Shown here: positions 1 through 9,860 of the stretch, one piece after another | Layout of the letters: each line of letters opens with the position of its first letter | How positions within the stretch are numbered: position 1 is the stretch's first letter | Virus record (IMG/VR): IMGVR_UViG_3300020598_000002 | Span: 1 to 62,695 of that record | Reading direction: 5' to 3' (one strand) | Source: a virus | Taxonomy: Duplodnaviria > Caudoviricetes | DNA: 62,695 nt | Notes under the pieces: generated by a model | The model's database searches: none | Told to the model about the DNA's origin: nothing | The model's input: only the letters and a program-made list of their open reading frames with translations | Program-made: the position numbers and the translations under genes

Positions 1-47
1 ATATCCCCGCTGGCGGCGGGCCTTGCGGTCCGCCGCAGGCGCTTCGT

Positions 48-124
48 AGGAGTGTAGCTCAACTGGCTAGAGCACCGGTCTCCAAAACCGGGGGTTGGGG
101 GTTCGAGTCCCTCCACTCCTGCCA
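48..124 (+). tRNA. trnW: tRNA-Trp (anticodon CCA); prophage integration target
   Basis: AGGAGTGTAGCTCAACTGGCTAGAGCACCGGTCTCCAAAACCGGGGGTTGGGGGTTCGAGTCCCTCCACTCCTGCCA: cloverleaf, CCA anticodon in CTCCAAA loop, GTTCGAGTC T-loop, encoded 3' CCA. Confidence 0.97.
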
Positions 125-149
125 GCCCATTCATAAGCCATTGTTTTAT
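106..149 (+). repeat. attL core, 44 bp
   Basis: AGTCCCTCCACTCCTGCCAGCCCATTCATAAGCCATTGTTTTAT, identical to 59327-59370; covers the tRNA 3' end and the integrase stop codon. Confidence 0.95.
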
Positions 150-1258
150 CCGATCTTTTTTGAGTGAGACAAAGTGGTGAGACCAAGCTCGTTCCCGGTT
201 TGCTCGAGCTTCCGTACCGCTTCGGCGGCCAATCGCTTCTGATCCGCCGCCCGGGTGTAGGTCGTCGCTTGGCTCGAGCTCGTCCATCCGAACAGGGCCA
301 TGAGCTCCCGGTCAGTCGCGCCGGCCTCAGCCGCTCGAGCCGCCCCAGCCTTCCGCAGTCCGTGCGCCGTGCATTGCTCGAGCCCGGCTTCGTCGCATCG
401 CTTCCGAAACCACGCCCCAAATCCGGCTGCTGTGAACGGCTTGCCGTATTCCGTCACCAGGAATGTCAGATCCCCGGTCGGCGCTTCTCGGATGGCCTCC
501 TCGAGTACGGGGAGGATGGGGAGCTCGATTGCGGTTGCCCGAAGGTGCCGGGTTTTCTTGGGCACCATGCGCAGCCAGCCGTTCTTGACATGCTGCCGGC
601 CGAACGTCACCACGTCGCCGCGCCGAGCTCCGGTGTAGAGCAGTAGCGCCAGCGCCAGCCGGGCCTTGGTGCCGATCGGGTGCCGCTCCTCGAATTGCCG
701 CACGTCCTCGAGCGTCCAAGTGTAGAAGCCGTCGCTCGAGTACCGGACGGGCTTGATGTCTCGAGCCGGGTTCGCCTTCAGGTGCTTCGGGATGGCCCAG
801 CCGAACATGGCGGACAGGTATTTCAGGCGGTTGTTGGCCGCCCCGGGAAACCCCTTTCGGCGGTCTAACAGCATCTGGACGTGATCCGGGCCTAGCAGGC
901 GCATCGGGCAGTCCCGTAGCTTGTCGCTCGAGCCGGGCACCCGGGGCTCCTCGAGGCATTCCTCGATGACCCGGCGGCGGGTCCGCTGCGATTGCAGGTC
1001 CAGTTGGTCGAAGGCGGAGCTCGAGAAATACTGAGCGGCCAGCCAGCCGAACGACCCCGGGGCGGCCGACTGCCGGCGCACATCCTGGCGGGTGCCAACG
1101 GTCTCGAGCGCGGCCGAATAGGCCAGCATGAACTCAGGAGTGCCCGGGCGCTCCTTGATGCGGACGCGCCGGCCAGCCTTGCGAACGTACAGGCGGGGGT
1201 TTCCCCGGTGATCTGGCTCATTATAGAGATAGGGCAGGTCGATCTTCATCGGCTTCAT
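146..1258 (-). CDS. int: Tyrosine integrase
   Basis: Catalytic motifs YTGARRGD (R), HGLRK (HxxR), FGW, TTYT (Y); start placed at ATG 1258, overlapping the upstream stop (ATGA). Confidence 0.95.
   Translation of the reverse strand: MKPMKIDLPYLYNEPDHRGNPRLYVRKAGRRVRIKERPGTPEFMLAYSAALETVGTRQDVRRQSAAPGSFGWLAAQYFSSSAFDQLDLQSQRTRRRVIEECLEEPRVPGSSDKLRDCPMRLLGPDHVQMLLDRRKGFPGAANNRLKYLSAMFGWAIPKHLKANPARDIKPVRYSSDGFYTWTLEDVRQFEERHPIGTKARLALALLLYTGARRGDVVTFGRQHVKNGWLRMVPKKTRHLRATAIELPILPVLEEAIREAPTGDLTFLVTEYGKPFTAAGFGAWFRKRCDEAGLEQCTAHGLRKAGAARAAEAGATDRELMALFGWTSSSQATTYTRAADQKRLAAEAVRKLEQTGNELGLTTLSHSKKIG
161..183. promoter_or_regulatory. Putative integrase arm-type sites (left)
   Basis: GTGAGAC at 164-170 and 177-183; TGAGTGAGACAAA (161-173) recurs at 59234-59246. 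Confidence 0.6.
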
Positions 1259-1443
1259 GCCTTGACCTCCATCCATTTGGAGGCTTCGGGCGGCAGTGTA
1301 GCACCGACCTCGAGCTCGAGACCGGCCCCGTCCACAAGAATGGTCCCGTCCGGCGCGATGCCCCGCACGCGCAAGCCTTCGGCCTTCGCCGCACGGATGC
1401 GGCGCTGGATCTCGGCTTGGGTGCAATGGGCTCGTGCGGTCAT
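1255..1443 (-). CDS. Small protein, probable excisionase/recombination directionality factor
   Basis: 62 aa, basic N-terminus, translationally coupled to int. Confidence 0.55.
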   Translation of the reverse strand: MTARAHCTQAEIQRRIRAAKAEGLRVRGIAPDGTILVDGAGLELEVGATLPPEASKWMEVKA

Positions 1444-1465
1444 TTGAGTAACGGCGGTTTAACGG

Positions 1466-1744
1466 CTACGCAGCATCGGCTGGCGGCAGGTCAATGCCGA
1501 ACGCTTTGGCGAGTCGGGCCTTGATGTCCGGCTGGCTCTGCATGTTGATCCAATCGGCTGCGTCCCGCCAATCTCGCGGCTCGGGCGCACCAGCCCAACG
1601 ACAGTCGCACCCTGGGTCAAAATACAGTTTCCCATCCTCGACCAGATAAGCCGTCATGTATCCGCACATCCCGCAATCGTGGTGTTCAATGCGAGTGATC
1701 CCGGCCGCTTCGACGGCTGCCTTCACTTGCTCTGCTGTAATCAT
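1466..1744 (-). CDS. Hypothetical protein (Cys-rich: CGMC...CDC)
   Basis: ORF with RBS (GAGGA) in the leftward early operon. Confidence 0.7.
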   Translation of the reverse strand: MITAEQVKAAVEAAGITRIEHHDCGMCGYMTAYLVEDGKLYFDPGCDCRWAGAPEPRDWRDAADWINMQSQPDIKARLAKAFGIDLPPADAA

Positions 1745-1785
1745 CTCATCCTCTGCAGTGATGTTGTACGGGGGTGGTTAGCGGA

Positions 1786-2229
1786 TTATTCGGCACGCGA
1801 GAGCTTGCGGGCGCGCTCTAGGGCGGCTCCGAAGGTCCAGTAAAACTCAATCGGATTGGAACCGGAGACGTAGTCTTCGCCTCCGACTGCAACGTCGTTG
1901 AATCCATCCGGGAGGCCGAAATTGCCGGTGTCCGTCCAGAAACTGAATGGCCCCATGCTTTGAACGCGATACCCAAGCGCGCAGAAATACTGCGCAAGGA
2001 GGCAATGCTCTTTGCATTCGTAGTTGTACGGCGTGTCCGCCGGCTGCTTCTCCAGCCACGCGATAAGCGTTTCGAGCTTGAACGGATCGGGCTTGGTCTC
2101 GGTATTCTGTTCAAAGCGTGCATCAGCGTACATGGTGTAATTCTCCGTTAGTTCGGTATCAGCGTGCGTTCTCGCTTTGCGAATCCACGAGACCGGATCG
2201 TTCCTTTCGGCTTTCGCTTCTGTCCGCAC
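1786..2229 (-). CDS. Hypothetical phage protein (start uncertain, possibly 2133)
   Basis: ORF in the leftward operon with protein-like composition. Confidence 0.6.
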   Translation of the reverse strand: MRTEAKAERNDPVSWIRKARTHADTELTENYTMYADARFEQNTETKPDPFKLETLIAWLEKQPADTPYNYECKEHCLLAQYFCALGYRVQSMGPFSFWTDTGNFGLPDGFNDVAVGGEDYVSGSNPIEFYWTFGAALERARKLSRAE

Positions 2230-2609
2230 TCGCGCTCAATCACGTTGCGGCGGAATTCGTCGCGGGATTCGGCCGCGCGCCGATCCTTCTTGCGCCGGTG
2301 TGCGTCTGATCCGGCTGTGGTGATGCGCTTCTCTCCACCTGGGCCGTTGGTGCGCTTGTCGTGCGCTTCGATCGTCACGGCCTCGATATAATTCGGATCG
2401 TTCGCCGGCGGGATGGTGTCCCATGCCTCGGTGTCGAACTTACGCTCCCAGAGAGCGGGGCGATGATCGAATTGCGTGTTGCTCAACGTCCCGAGCTTTT
2501 CGCCCGTGGCCTTGCACTTGCCTTCCTGGCGGATCACGACGTCGAGCTTGACCCGTGTTGGAATAGCCGGGCGCTTCCAGTCTGGGTGGGGGCGGTCGAG
2601 AATGGTCAT
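2148..2609 (-). CDS. HNH-type endonuclease
   Basis: QFDHRPAL...NDPNYIEAV...AHDKRT; ATG 2609 overlaps the ninB stop. Confidence 0.7.
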   Translation of the reverse strand: MTILDRPHPDWKRPAIPTRVKLDVVIRQEGKCKATGEKLGTLSNTQFDHRPALWERKFDTEAWDTIPPANDPNYIEAVTIEAHDKRTNGPGGEKRITTAGSDAHRRKKDRRAAESRDEFRRNVIERECGQKRKPKGTIRSRGFAKRERTLIPN

Positions 2610-2995
2610 TCCGCAAACACCTTGAACTTGACGCCGCGGCGGGCGCCGAAAGCCGCGATCAATTCCATCAGGTCGGAAATTTCCTGACGTGTCAGATCCG
2701 ATGATGACCGGCCGAGACTGACAACGCCGCGCCCGTCGAGGCTCGGCACCGTGCGCGTCTCGCGGTCGAGTCCGTCCAGGAAGATCAGCTTCCATTCGTC
2801 GGCGGTCAGCTTCTGACCATGCCAGCGCACCTGGCGGGCGACGTCGGTCAGCATCGACCACATGCGGTCGTTCTGGGCCATGGTGCGCTTCACGGCTTTG
2901 AATTCGATCCTCGTGCCGTCGGGCGCTTTCAATGCCCATGACGCCGCGCGCTGGCGGTCCGCGTCAGTCCTGCAAACGACCAGCGCGCGCGACAT
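2606..2995 (-). CDS. ninB: NinB/YbcN-family recombination protein
   Basis: KRTMAQNDRMWSML, EWKLIF, SSSDLTRQEISDLMELIAAFGA motifs. Confidence 0.85.
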   Translation of the reverse strand: MSRALVVCRTDADRQRAASWALKAPDGTRIEFKAVKRTMAQNDRMWSMLTDVARQVRWHGQKLTADEWKLIFLDGLDRETRTVPSLDGRGVVSLGRSSSDLTRQEISDLMELIAAFGARRGVKFKVFAE

Positions 2996-3210
2996 CAGAA
3001 CGGTACCTCGTCATCGAGTTCGCGCTTGATCAGCGTGAATTCGACATCGGTCTTGCGCGCGCATCCGACCGTGGCGAGCACGTAGAATTCGATGCCGGGG
3101 TTGTTGCGTGCCAATCGCTCGGCTTCCGCCTTTGCCCGGCCGAAACTGTCGTGTCGGGCGGTAGGTGCGCCTTGCCCCATGCCGTAGACCATGAAGAACG
3201 GTTGCATCAC
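2995..3210 (-). CDS. Hypothetical phage protein
   Basis: 71 aa, coupled to neighbours; AKAEAERLARNNPG, ends DDEVPF. Confidence 0.7.
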   Translation of the reverse strand: MMQPFFMVYGMGQGAPTARHDSFGRAKAEAERLARNNPGIEFYVLATVGCARKTDVEFTLIKRELDDEVPF

Positions 3211-4304
3211 TCTCCCCCGAGACGGCGTTCGTGTTTCTGGTAGACGGCCATGACGTCCTCGCGCGCCGGCGGGAACATGCCGGCCATGCGCGGCTCGATC
3301 TGCTCATTGAACGCGGTCTCCAGATCTGCTGCGTCGTCGATCGTCGCGAGCATGTCATCGGCCCACTTCGTGAACCCGTCCGGGTCGGTGTCGGCCGGCG
3401 GGATGTTTTCGGCGCGCTCCGCGGCGGCCTGATGCTGGCGCTGCCGGCGCGTGGTCTTGGGCTTGTCCTCTGCGGGCGGCGCGGGTGGCGTTGCCTCTGC
3501 GGCCGGCGGCAAGTCATCGGGCGGCGGAGGCGCGGGTGGGGCCGGCGGCTTCGGCGTGACGTCGCGCGCCGCGGCGGCCGCGTCGTGCAGTCTGCGCCCT
3601 TCCATCTCCTCTGCGGTCAGTTCACCGCCGAGTTCTTCCGGGAACGCCTTGCGCAGCGCCGCGGCCTCGGCGCATTTTTCAAGCTGACCTTCCGGCCGCG
3701 TCTGCCACATCTCGTTCGGCACATCGCTGTTGCCGATCGTGGCGTAGTTCTCCAGCCACTTGACCTTTGGCCCGACAAACTTGCACGGGCGCCCGCCAAG
3801 CTCGCGATAGACCGTGATGCGGCACCACTCGGGGAATTCGACGTCAACGGTTTTCTCGACCCACGACTGCCGACCGTCCTTCCATTCCTTCACCTTGCCG
3901 GTGAATGCCCGCTTCTGCATCGGGCCGAATTCTGCCTCGTCGCATCCGGCGTAGTGCCCGGTGCGGAACGCCGTGGTGCGGAGTTCGGCAATGCCAGGCC
4001 ATACCGTCTCGACGTAGCCGCCGGACTTGTTGTCCCACATGGGAACGATGTGAACCGGCTTCTTGAACGGATCGAGGTTGCGCGCCTTGCAGTAGGACAG
4101 AACCATCGCGACGGAGTCGATAGACTTCGCCGAGGGAAACACCGCCTCGACCAAGGCTTTCCATCCGGCCTTGTCGATCCCGAAACGATCCTGGATTGCG
4201 GGATGATAGGGGAGGCGAGGCGGGGCGAAGGCGATGACATCGCCGGTGCGCTTGTCGATCGGATCGCGTTCCAGTTCTTGCGTCGGTGCGGAGCTATGCG
4301 ACAC
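3207..4304 (-). CDS. bet: Phage single-strand annealing recombinase Bet (RecT/Red-beta family)
   Basis: YCKARNLDPFKKPVHIVP, GIAELRTTAFRTG, QLEKCAEAAALRKAFPEE; GTG start at 4304 with GGAGG RBS. Confidence 0.85.
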   Translation of the reverse strand: MSHSSAPTQELERDPIDKRTGDVIAFAPPRLPYHPAIQDRFGIDKAGWKALVEAVFPSAKSIDSVAMVLSYCKARNLDPFKKPVHIVPMWDNKSGGYVETVWPGIAELRTTAFRTGHYAGCDEAEFGPMQKRAFTGKVKEWKDGRQSWVEKTVDVEFPEWCRITVYRELGGRPCKFVGPKVKWLENYATIGNSDVPNEMWQTRPEGQLEKCAEAAALRKAFPEELGGELTAEEMEGRRLHDAAAAARDVTPKPPAPPAPPPPDDLPPAAEATPPAPPAEDKPKTTRRQRQHQAAAERAENIPPADTDPDGFTKWADDMLATIDDAADLETAFNEQIEPRMAGMFPPAREDVMAVYQKHERRLGGE

Positions 4305-5220
4305 GGCGGGCCTCCTCGATTTTGACGCCGGGGACGTCGCGGCCGGCATCGACCGCGCGCTGGGCCAGTTTGGCCAGCAGTTCGACCACTTCCGGCCGGT
4401 CCCTCATGTAGCGGTACACGGCGTCCTGATCGGTGACGGTGGCGATGCGCACCAGTTTGACCGATGCGGCACGACCCGCGGCGCCCTTGATCGGCGCGGG
4501 AGCGGGCGGCGGGGCGGGTGCGACCGGCGCCGGCCTCCCGGCCTCAGCGGCCTTGCGAGCGGCCTCCTCAGCCTTGCGCTGCTCCTCTCGCTCGCGCCGG
4601 AGCTTTTCGGTTTCCCATGCGTTCATCGCCGCCGCGATGCTGTCGGCAAACGACTTCGCCATCTTCACCAGCGGTTGCCATTTCGCGTCGACGGCCTTGC
4701 CAGCTTCCATGTGCGGGCGCTTCAGATCCTCGCGGCGCTTGTCCGCGGTGCGGGACAATTCCAGGAGGCGGGACCGCAGCGTTTGCGCCTTCGCGAGCGT
4801 GGCGTCGTCTGTGATCTTCGCGTAGGCGTTTGCGCCGGCCGCCGCGGCTTCGATCTGTTCCTGCAGAATGATCGCTTCGTCCTCGGGCGGGTTATTCCCG
4901 CCGATCCCGGCACGCTGCTGATCCGCTACCGTGTCGTCGATATCGGGCCAGTTCTCGCCGCGGTCCGCGACCGCCGTGTAGACCTCGTGGCTGATCGGTT
5001 TGTCCGCGAAATAGGGCCAGCGTTCGCAGGCCGTGGTTTCGTCGACGAGCTTCCCGCCGATCACGCAAAGCTGGCGATCGTTCTCGAACCACACCGCGAC
5101 CGGCACGAGTGGGCCGCCCTTGCGATCGCGGACGCGATAATAGCCGTCCTGCGGATTGTCGGGGTTGGCCTCCGGCCTTTCACCGCGCAACGCCGCGCGC
5201 CAATATGCGTAGCGATCCAT
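4294..5220 (-). CDS. Coiled-coil phage protein typical of recombination modules
   Basis: Long ORF, RBS GGAGAGG before ATG 5220, C-terminal RDVPGVKIEE. Confidence 0.7.
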   Translation of the reverse strand: MDRYAYWRAALRGERPEANPDNPQDGYYRVRDRKGGPLVPVAVWFENDRQLCVIGGKLVDETTACERWPYFADKPISHEVYTAVADRGENWPDIDDTVADQQRAGIGGNNPPEDEAIILQEQIEAAAAGANAYAKITDDATLAKAQTLRSRLLELSRTADKRREDLKRPHMEAGKAVDAKWQPLVKMAKSFADSIAAAMNAWETEKLRREREEQRKAEEAARKAAEAGRPAPVAPAPPPAPAPIKGAAGRAASVKLVRIATVTDQDAVYRYMRDRPEVVELLAKLAQRAVDAGRDVPGVKIEEARRVA

Positions 5221-5446
5221 TTTCCTCTCCAGCTTGTTGACCACCGCTGCTGCGGCGTTGCCGATGGGGTTCATTGCATCCACTCGGAAAACTCGGCGAT
5301 CCAATCCGGCTCATCGGACGCAGAAAGCGCCAACAGGCACGCTGCCATCGCGCCGTATGTGTAGGAGCCGGGGCTAAACTGGTAGGCGAGCCGCGATTGC
5401 TCAAAAGCGTCGACAACGTATCTGCGCATATCCTTTGCGGTGGTCA

Positions 5447-7165
5447 TTATGAGACCTCGAAGCGAGATTGAATCTGGCGGATCGTCCGTGACGCGACGTG
5501 CTTTGCCGCGCCTATCGTTTTGGTTTCGGAAACCTCACGAAGCCCATCAACCGCGAACTGGATAATCTCAGACATGTCGACGACCATCTGCGTCGATGCG
5601 ACGCGCTCGCCGTGCGTTACTAGCGCCCAATGGATGCGTGACAGGCGCGCCGTTTCTTCGGTCATAGGCCCGTGCGTGATCGGGTTTTCAAATTTGGGCT
5701 TATCCTCGGTCATTGGATGCGATCTTCTGGGAGTTGAGACAGCGGGCCAGTCCACGCGCCGTGCGGCCATGGGAATTCTTGGCCCGAATACGTCATGGGC
5801 GGGCTCACCACGCGTCCCGTTGGGTCGGTGAACCGTACCTCGTGGTCCGCGGGCGCTTTACCGGGCAACGGCGTGATCACCACGTGCAGATTCGCCTTCG
5901 CGAACCGGCTGTCGATTTGATGCACCGTCTCGGCGGCGAGGCGAAGGAATTGGGCTAGTTCCACTGTTTGATCCCCCTTTAGTTAGGCGCGAGGCACCCT
6001 CACAAACCGAATATTTTCTCTGAACTCGCAGAGTTCGTCGTAAGCCCTGACTTCGGCCGCCACATCGGAGAGTGTCTTGCCGCTCAGGCGGATGCCGTTC
6101 TCCATCTCGATCGAATAGCCGTGATGGCTTTGGACGATGGCTCCGGCACCCATGGACGCGAAATTGTCGAGCAACTCCTCCAGAATTTCGCGAGGCAATT
6201 CGCTCGCTCGGAATTCCCCGTCCGGCAACTTGTCCGTCACAACCACACCCGGCCGATGCGTGTTGCTTTTGAATTTCTCCATCAGTGTTTTGCTGTTCAT
6301 GTAGATCATCACGCGTGCTCCTCCGTCTCGATCACGTCCAGCACGCTTCTCGCGAGATCACCGCGCCAGTCGGATTCCGTGACGAGCCGGTTTGCGGTTT
6401 CGAGAACGCGGCGGCGTTCAACCCGAGCTTTGGGCTGCGCGATGATCTTGTGCCGGCGGCGGACGGAGACGGGGTTTGGCGCGGTCATGCGGCCATCCGA
6501 ATGACGTTGTCGCCTTCCGCAAGTTCGCGAAAGCTGCGGGCGTTCTTGAGAACGCGGCGGGCCATCCGGTATTCGCCGCGCGTGCGCCAGAACGCGACGG
6601 ACGCCATCTCGCCCCAAAACCAGCGGTGATAGCAGGCGTCCGCGCTCGGGTCGGTCTCGCCGTCCTTGGTCGCATCAATCCGCTGCGTGATGACGCCGGT
6701 CTGCGGCCACACCGTCAGGAACCGGCCGGGATATGACCACCGGCTGCGGAACGTCGCCTCGACCGGATCGTCGAAACCCTTGTGGTCGATCACCTCGAAC
6801 AGCACGCCCTTGCGCGCGGCCCGGCGGACCAGCCTGTCGATCGACTTCGACGCCGGGCTGTTGTTCCGGTTGCGGCGGGCGGCTTCGATCTTGTCGGTAG
6901 GGGATCGCATGGCTGTCACTCCGCGACCGCTGCAGCGATGCGGCCCATAATGTCGGGATTGCTTGCGAAGAATTGCGCCGCCGTCGGGCCTTTGGCCCGA
7001 GGCTTCATCTTGTCCGCCTTGGCCTGGCATCGCTTGCAGATGTCCCAGCCGGCGCAGTCATCAATGGCGACCACGATGTGACCGCGCCGGGACTTGCAGA
7101 GCGGCTGTCCGCCGGCCCGGAAGGCGAGGTGCGCTATCGCTCGGTTTCTGACGTTGCTGGTCATC
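5447..7165 (-). other. Run of small leftward hypothetical genes (approx. 5447-5713, 5710-5964, 5983-6312, 6309-6488, 6485-6910, 6916-7165)
   Basis: Abutting or overlapping start-stop ORFs downstream of the AT-rich PL-like region. Confidence 0.65.
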
Positions 7166-7187
7166 GCGTCATCTCCGTTCTGATGTT

Positions 7188-7244
7188 CTGGAATATATTT
7201 CCAGCAAAACGGAGTGTCAACATAAATCTGGAAATTAATTCCAC
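7188..7244. promoter_or_regulatory. Two repressor operators (OL-like), TGGAA-N5-TTCCA, in a divergent promoter region
   Basis: CTGGAATATATTTCCAG 7188-7204 and CTGGAAATTAATTCCAC 7228-7244; minus-strand TTGACA between them; same motif at cI/cro. Confidence 0.8.
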
Positions 7245-7288
7245 GTTGAGGTAAAGCCGATTCCAGACCCCAAACATGGAGGCCGGAC

Positions 7289-8143
7289 TTGGCCCGCATC
7301 CGCACAATCAAGCCGGAGTTCCCTCAATCTGAAACGATAGGAAATCTGTCTCGCGACGCCCGGCTGCTTTTCGTCCAACTTTGGACAATTGCCGACGATG
7401 CGGGGAGGTCTCGCGCAGCCTCGCGAATGCTCGCGAGCCTTCTCTACCCGTATGATGATGATGCGCCCGGCCTCATGCCGGGGTGGTTGGACGAATTAGA
7501 GGCCAAAGGGTGCATCCGGAGGTACGAGGTCGACGGGTCGCATTACCTCGAAGTCGTTAACTGGTTGAAACATCAGAAGATTGACCGGCCGTCCGAAAGC
7601 CGACTGCCGTCATTCGACGAGGCCTCGCCGAACACTCGCGAGCATTCGCGAGGCCTCGATGCTGACCTTGGACCAGTACCTAGGACCGTGGACCATGGAC
7701 CTAGGACCGTGGACTCCGCTAGCGCGCAAGCCGAATTGATCCCACCCGCTGGAAATCTTCCATCCACAACGGAGGTCTCTCCCAGCCGAAAGACCGGAAA
7801 GAAGCTGGCGAGGGAAGAATCGTCATGGCCGGAAGGACTCGAACTCGACGGCGACCTGCACCGCTACGCGGAAGAGGCTGGAATTCCATTCCAAGATATT
7901 CCGAGGTTGTGGGAGCGGTTCAAAAACCACCATCAGGCGAAGGGATCGCGGTTCAAGGACTGGCGGGCCGCATGGCGGACCTGGGTGCAGAACGAAATCA
8001 AATACAGCCGGGACCGGCGGGCCAACGGAGGCGGGCGACCGGAGCGCGCCGCCTATGACCCGATCGAGGTGGCCCGCCGGCAAATCGCTCAGTTCACGCA
8101 ACCCGAGGAGGAGGGGACGCTATGGCCAAAAGCGGCGAGTTGA
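7289..8143 (+). CDS. Phage replication initiator (replisome organiser-like)
   Basis: MARIRTIKPEF...ARLLFVQLWTIADDAGR, NWLKHQKID, C-terminal FKNHH...KDWRAAWRTW; TTG start with GGAGG RBS; internal repeats. Confidence 0.8.
   Translation: MARIRTIKPEFPQSETIGNLSRDARLLFVQLWTIADDAGRSRAASRMLASLLYPYDDDAPGLMPGWLDELEAKGCIRRYEVDGSHYLEVVNWLKHQKIDRPSESRLPSFDEASPNTREHSRGLDADLGPVPRTVDHGPRTVDSASAQAELIPPAGNLPSTTEVSPSRKTGKKLAREESSWPEGLELDGDLHRYAEEAGIPFQDIPRLWERFKNHHQAKGSRFKDWRAAWRTWVQNEIKYSRDRRANGGGRPERAAYDPIEVARRQIAQFTQPEEEGTLWPKAAS
7678..7714 (+). repeat. Iteron-like repeats within the initiator gene (putative origin)
   Basis: ACCTAGGACCGTGGAC at 7678-7693 and 7699-7714 (21-bp period) within a GGAC-rich run. 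Confidence 0.55.
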
Positions 8144-8640
8144 CCCAAGGAAGTACCGTTCTACCGGTCCAGCGAGAAAGGCGGATCGCCGATGCGGTGG
8201 CTGCTTTCCTGCCGGCCTACGACAAGCTCCGGGACGGGGTGATGGAGCGGCGGGCGTCCGACATGCGGGATGGGCTGGCCGCGGTGCGCGCGGTCGACGT
8301 CGCCGGGCTCGAGCGGCTGCTGGCCGATCCGCCGCGCGCCACAGCCGTGGAAATCGCGGAGGCCGCCGGCGTGCTGATCGCCGTGACCAAGCACCTCGAC
8401 AAGACGGACGGCGAGATTTTCCAGCGCACGCTCGTGCAGTTCATCGCGGACGAACAGCCGACGCGGCTCGGGCTGGCGATCGCGATGCGCCGGGTTTTGC
8501 TGGCGGCCAAATTCACCCCGAGCATTGCCGAGGTGATCGAAACGCTGCGCGCCGCGGAATCGGACCTGCGAAGCGCCCGGCAGCGGCTGGAATGGCTCCC
8601 GGATCACGTCAAGGCGGCCGAGGCGTTGCTCAACGGTTAG
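8122..8640 (+). CDS. Replication accessory protein (helicase loader/inhibitor-like)
   Basis: Follows the initiator; KFTPSIAEVIE motif typical of such partners. Confidence 0.55.
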   Translation: MAKSGELTQGSTVLPVQRERRIADAVAAFLPAYDKLRDGVMERRASDMRDGLAAVRAVDVAGLERLLADPPRATAVEIAEAAGVLIAVTKHLDKTDGEIFQRTLVQFIADEQPTRLGLAIAMRRVLLAAKFTPSIAEVIETLRAAESDLRSARQRLEWLPDHVKAAEALLNG

Positions 8641-9098
8641 CGGCAGCGCACCGCCGCCATGGCCCGGTCGATCCCGGTCAGGTCGAAATCGTAGAACAGG
8701 GGCGGGGAGCCGGTCGGGAATAATTCGACCCGGAACCGCTTCCGCCCGGCCAGGTCGAGCCGGGGCGCCGTGACGATCGGGATCCGGTGCGGGTCGGAAT
8801 AGACCCGGAGGCCGGCGAGGTTCTGAACGGGACCATCGTCCGCCCGGAGCCGGGCTGAGATTTTCCCGCGGGTCAGGGGCGCGGATAGCTTCACGGTGAA
8901 GAGGCGCCCGCCGGCGGCGCAGGACAATTCCAGATCGGCGGTCATTCCCTGATCGGGGTTCTTTGCGGCTAGGGCGGCCCAGGATTCGTTTTTCCCCGTC
9001 ATCCGGTCCTTGGCCTCGGAAATCCGCCAGGACGCACCAGCGGGCACGACAAGGGCGGCAATCGCCATTCCAGCAATTACCGCCCCGCACCGTCTCAT
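8637..9098 (-). CDS. Exported hypothetical protein co-transcribed with cI
   Basis: Signal peptide (AVIAGMAIAALVVPAGA); ATG overlaps the cI stop. Confidence 0.7.
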   Translation of the reverse strand: MRRCGAVIAGMAIAALVVPAGASWRISEAKDRMTGKNESWAALAAKNPDQGMTADLELSCAAGGRLFTVKLSAPLTRGKISARLRADDGPVQNLAGLRVYSDPHRIPIVTAPRLDLAGRKRFRVELFPTGSPPLFYDFDLTGIDRAMAAVRCR

Positions 9099-9826
9099 AT
9101 CCGCTTCACCGCCCAGACGACGCGGCCAACGATGGCGAGATTGTCGATCGGGACGTCCTCCGGCGCGTGCGCGGTGTTGTCGGAAATGATCCGCACCACC
9201 GGCGGCTGGGTCCGTAGAACCTGCAGCCGCTTCACCACCAGAAACCCGAACTGATCCCGGAGCGCGTAGATCCCGTCCGGCGAGGGGATCTGGTGCCCGG
9301 TATCGACGATCACGCGGTCTCCGGACAGCAGGGTCGGCGCCATGCTGTCCCCGTAAGTCTCAACCACCCGTAGGTTCTTTTCGCTGACCCGGATTTCCTC
9401 CCGGATAAATCGCGCCGGGAGCTGCCAAGCCTCCTCCTTGATCGGGTCGGCGTAACTACCGTCCCGTACTACTTCACGCCCTTCCATGGTTCCTCCGCCG
9501 CCAAGGCCGGCGCGGAAGTCGATTTCCAGAATTCCGTTTCTTGGAAGCGTTATGTCGTCCGGGTCGTCCTCCACGCCGGATGCTCGACCGTATCGCAAAA
9601 ATTGCTCGGTGACATCTAGCGCCGCAGCGATGTCAGCTACCGTTGAGCCTCGCGGCTGTGCGACTTTACCCTGAAATATCTTGTACAAAGTCTCCACATC
9701 GGTCGGGTTGCCCATCTCCGTCATGACTGCGGCGAGCTGCCGCAGCGACCAGCCGCGGCGCTCCCGTAGGGCGTCCGCCCGCCGCACCCAATCAGGCAAC
9801 CGCTTTCGCTTTTTGGGCACAACCAT
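9095..9826 (-). CDS. cI: CI-type repressor, XRE HTH plus S24 peptidase
   Basis: HTH (LRERRGWSLRQLA), Ala-Gly site RAGLGG, catalytic GDSMAP and VVKRL. Confidence 0.92.
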   Translation of the reverse strand: MVVPKKRKRLPDWVRRADALRERRGWSLRQLAAVMTEMGNPTDVETLYKIFQGKVAQPRGSTVADIAAALDVTEQFLRYGRASGVEDDPDDITLPRNGILEIDFRAGLGGGGTMEGREVVRDGSYADPIKEEAWQLPARFIREEIRVSEKNLRVVETYGDSMAPTLLSGDRVIVDTGHQIPSPDGIYALRDQFGFLVVKRLQVLRTQPPVVRIISDNTAHAPEDVPIDNLAIVGRVVWAVKRI

Positions 9827-9860
9827 TCCCGACTCCAAAAGGCGCGATCCTTTTAAGTCT

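Noticed and set aside
67-420. ORFs 67-420 and 59114-59362 sharing MAYEWAGRSGGT
   Set aside because: The shared peptide is just the att repeat read antisense to the tRNA; only the 3' part of 59114-59362 might be coding
3440-3580. GC-rich repeats in bet and near 4500
   Set aside because: They encode Pro/Ala linkers, not a DNA repeat element
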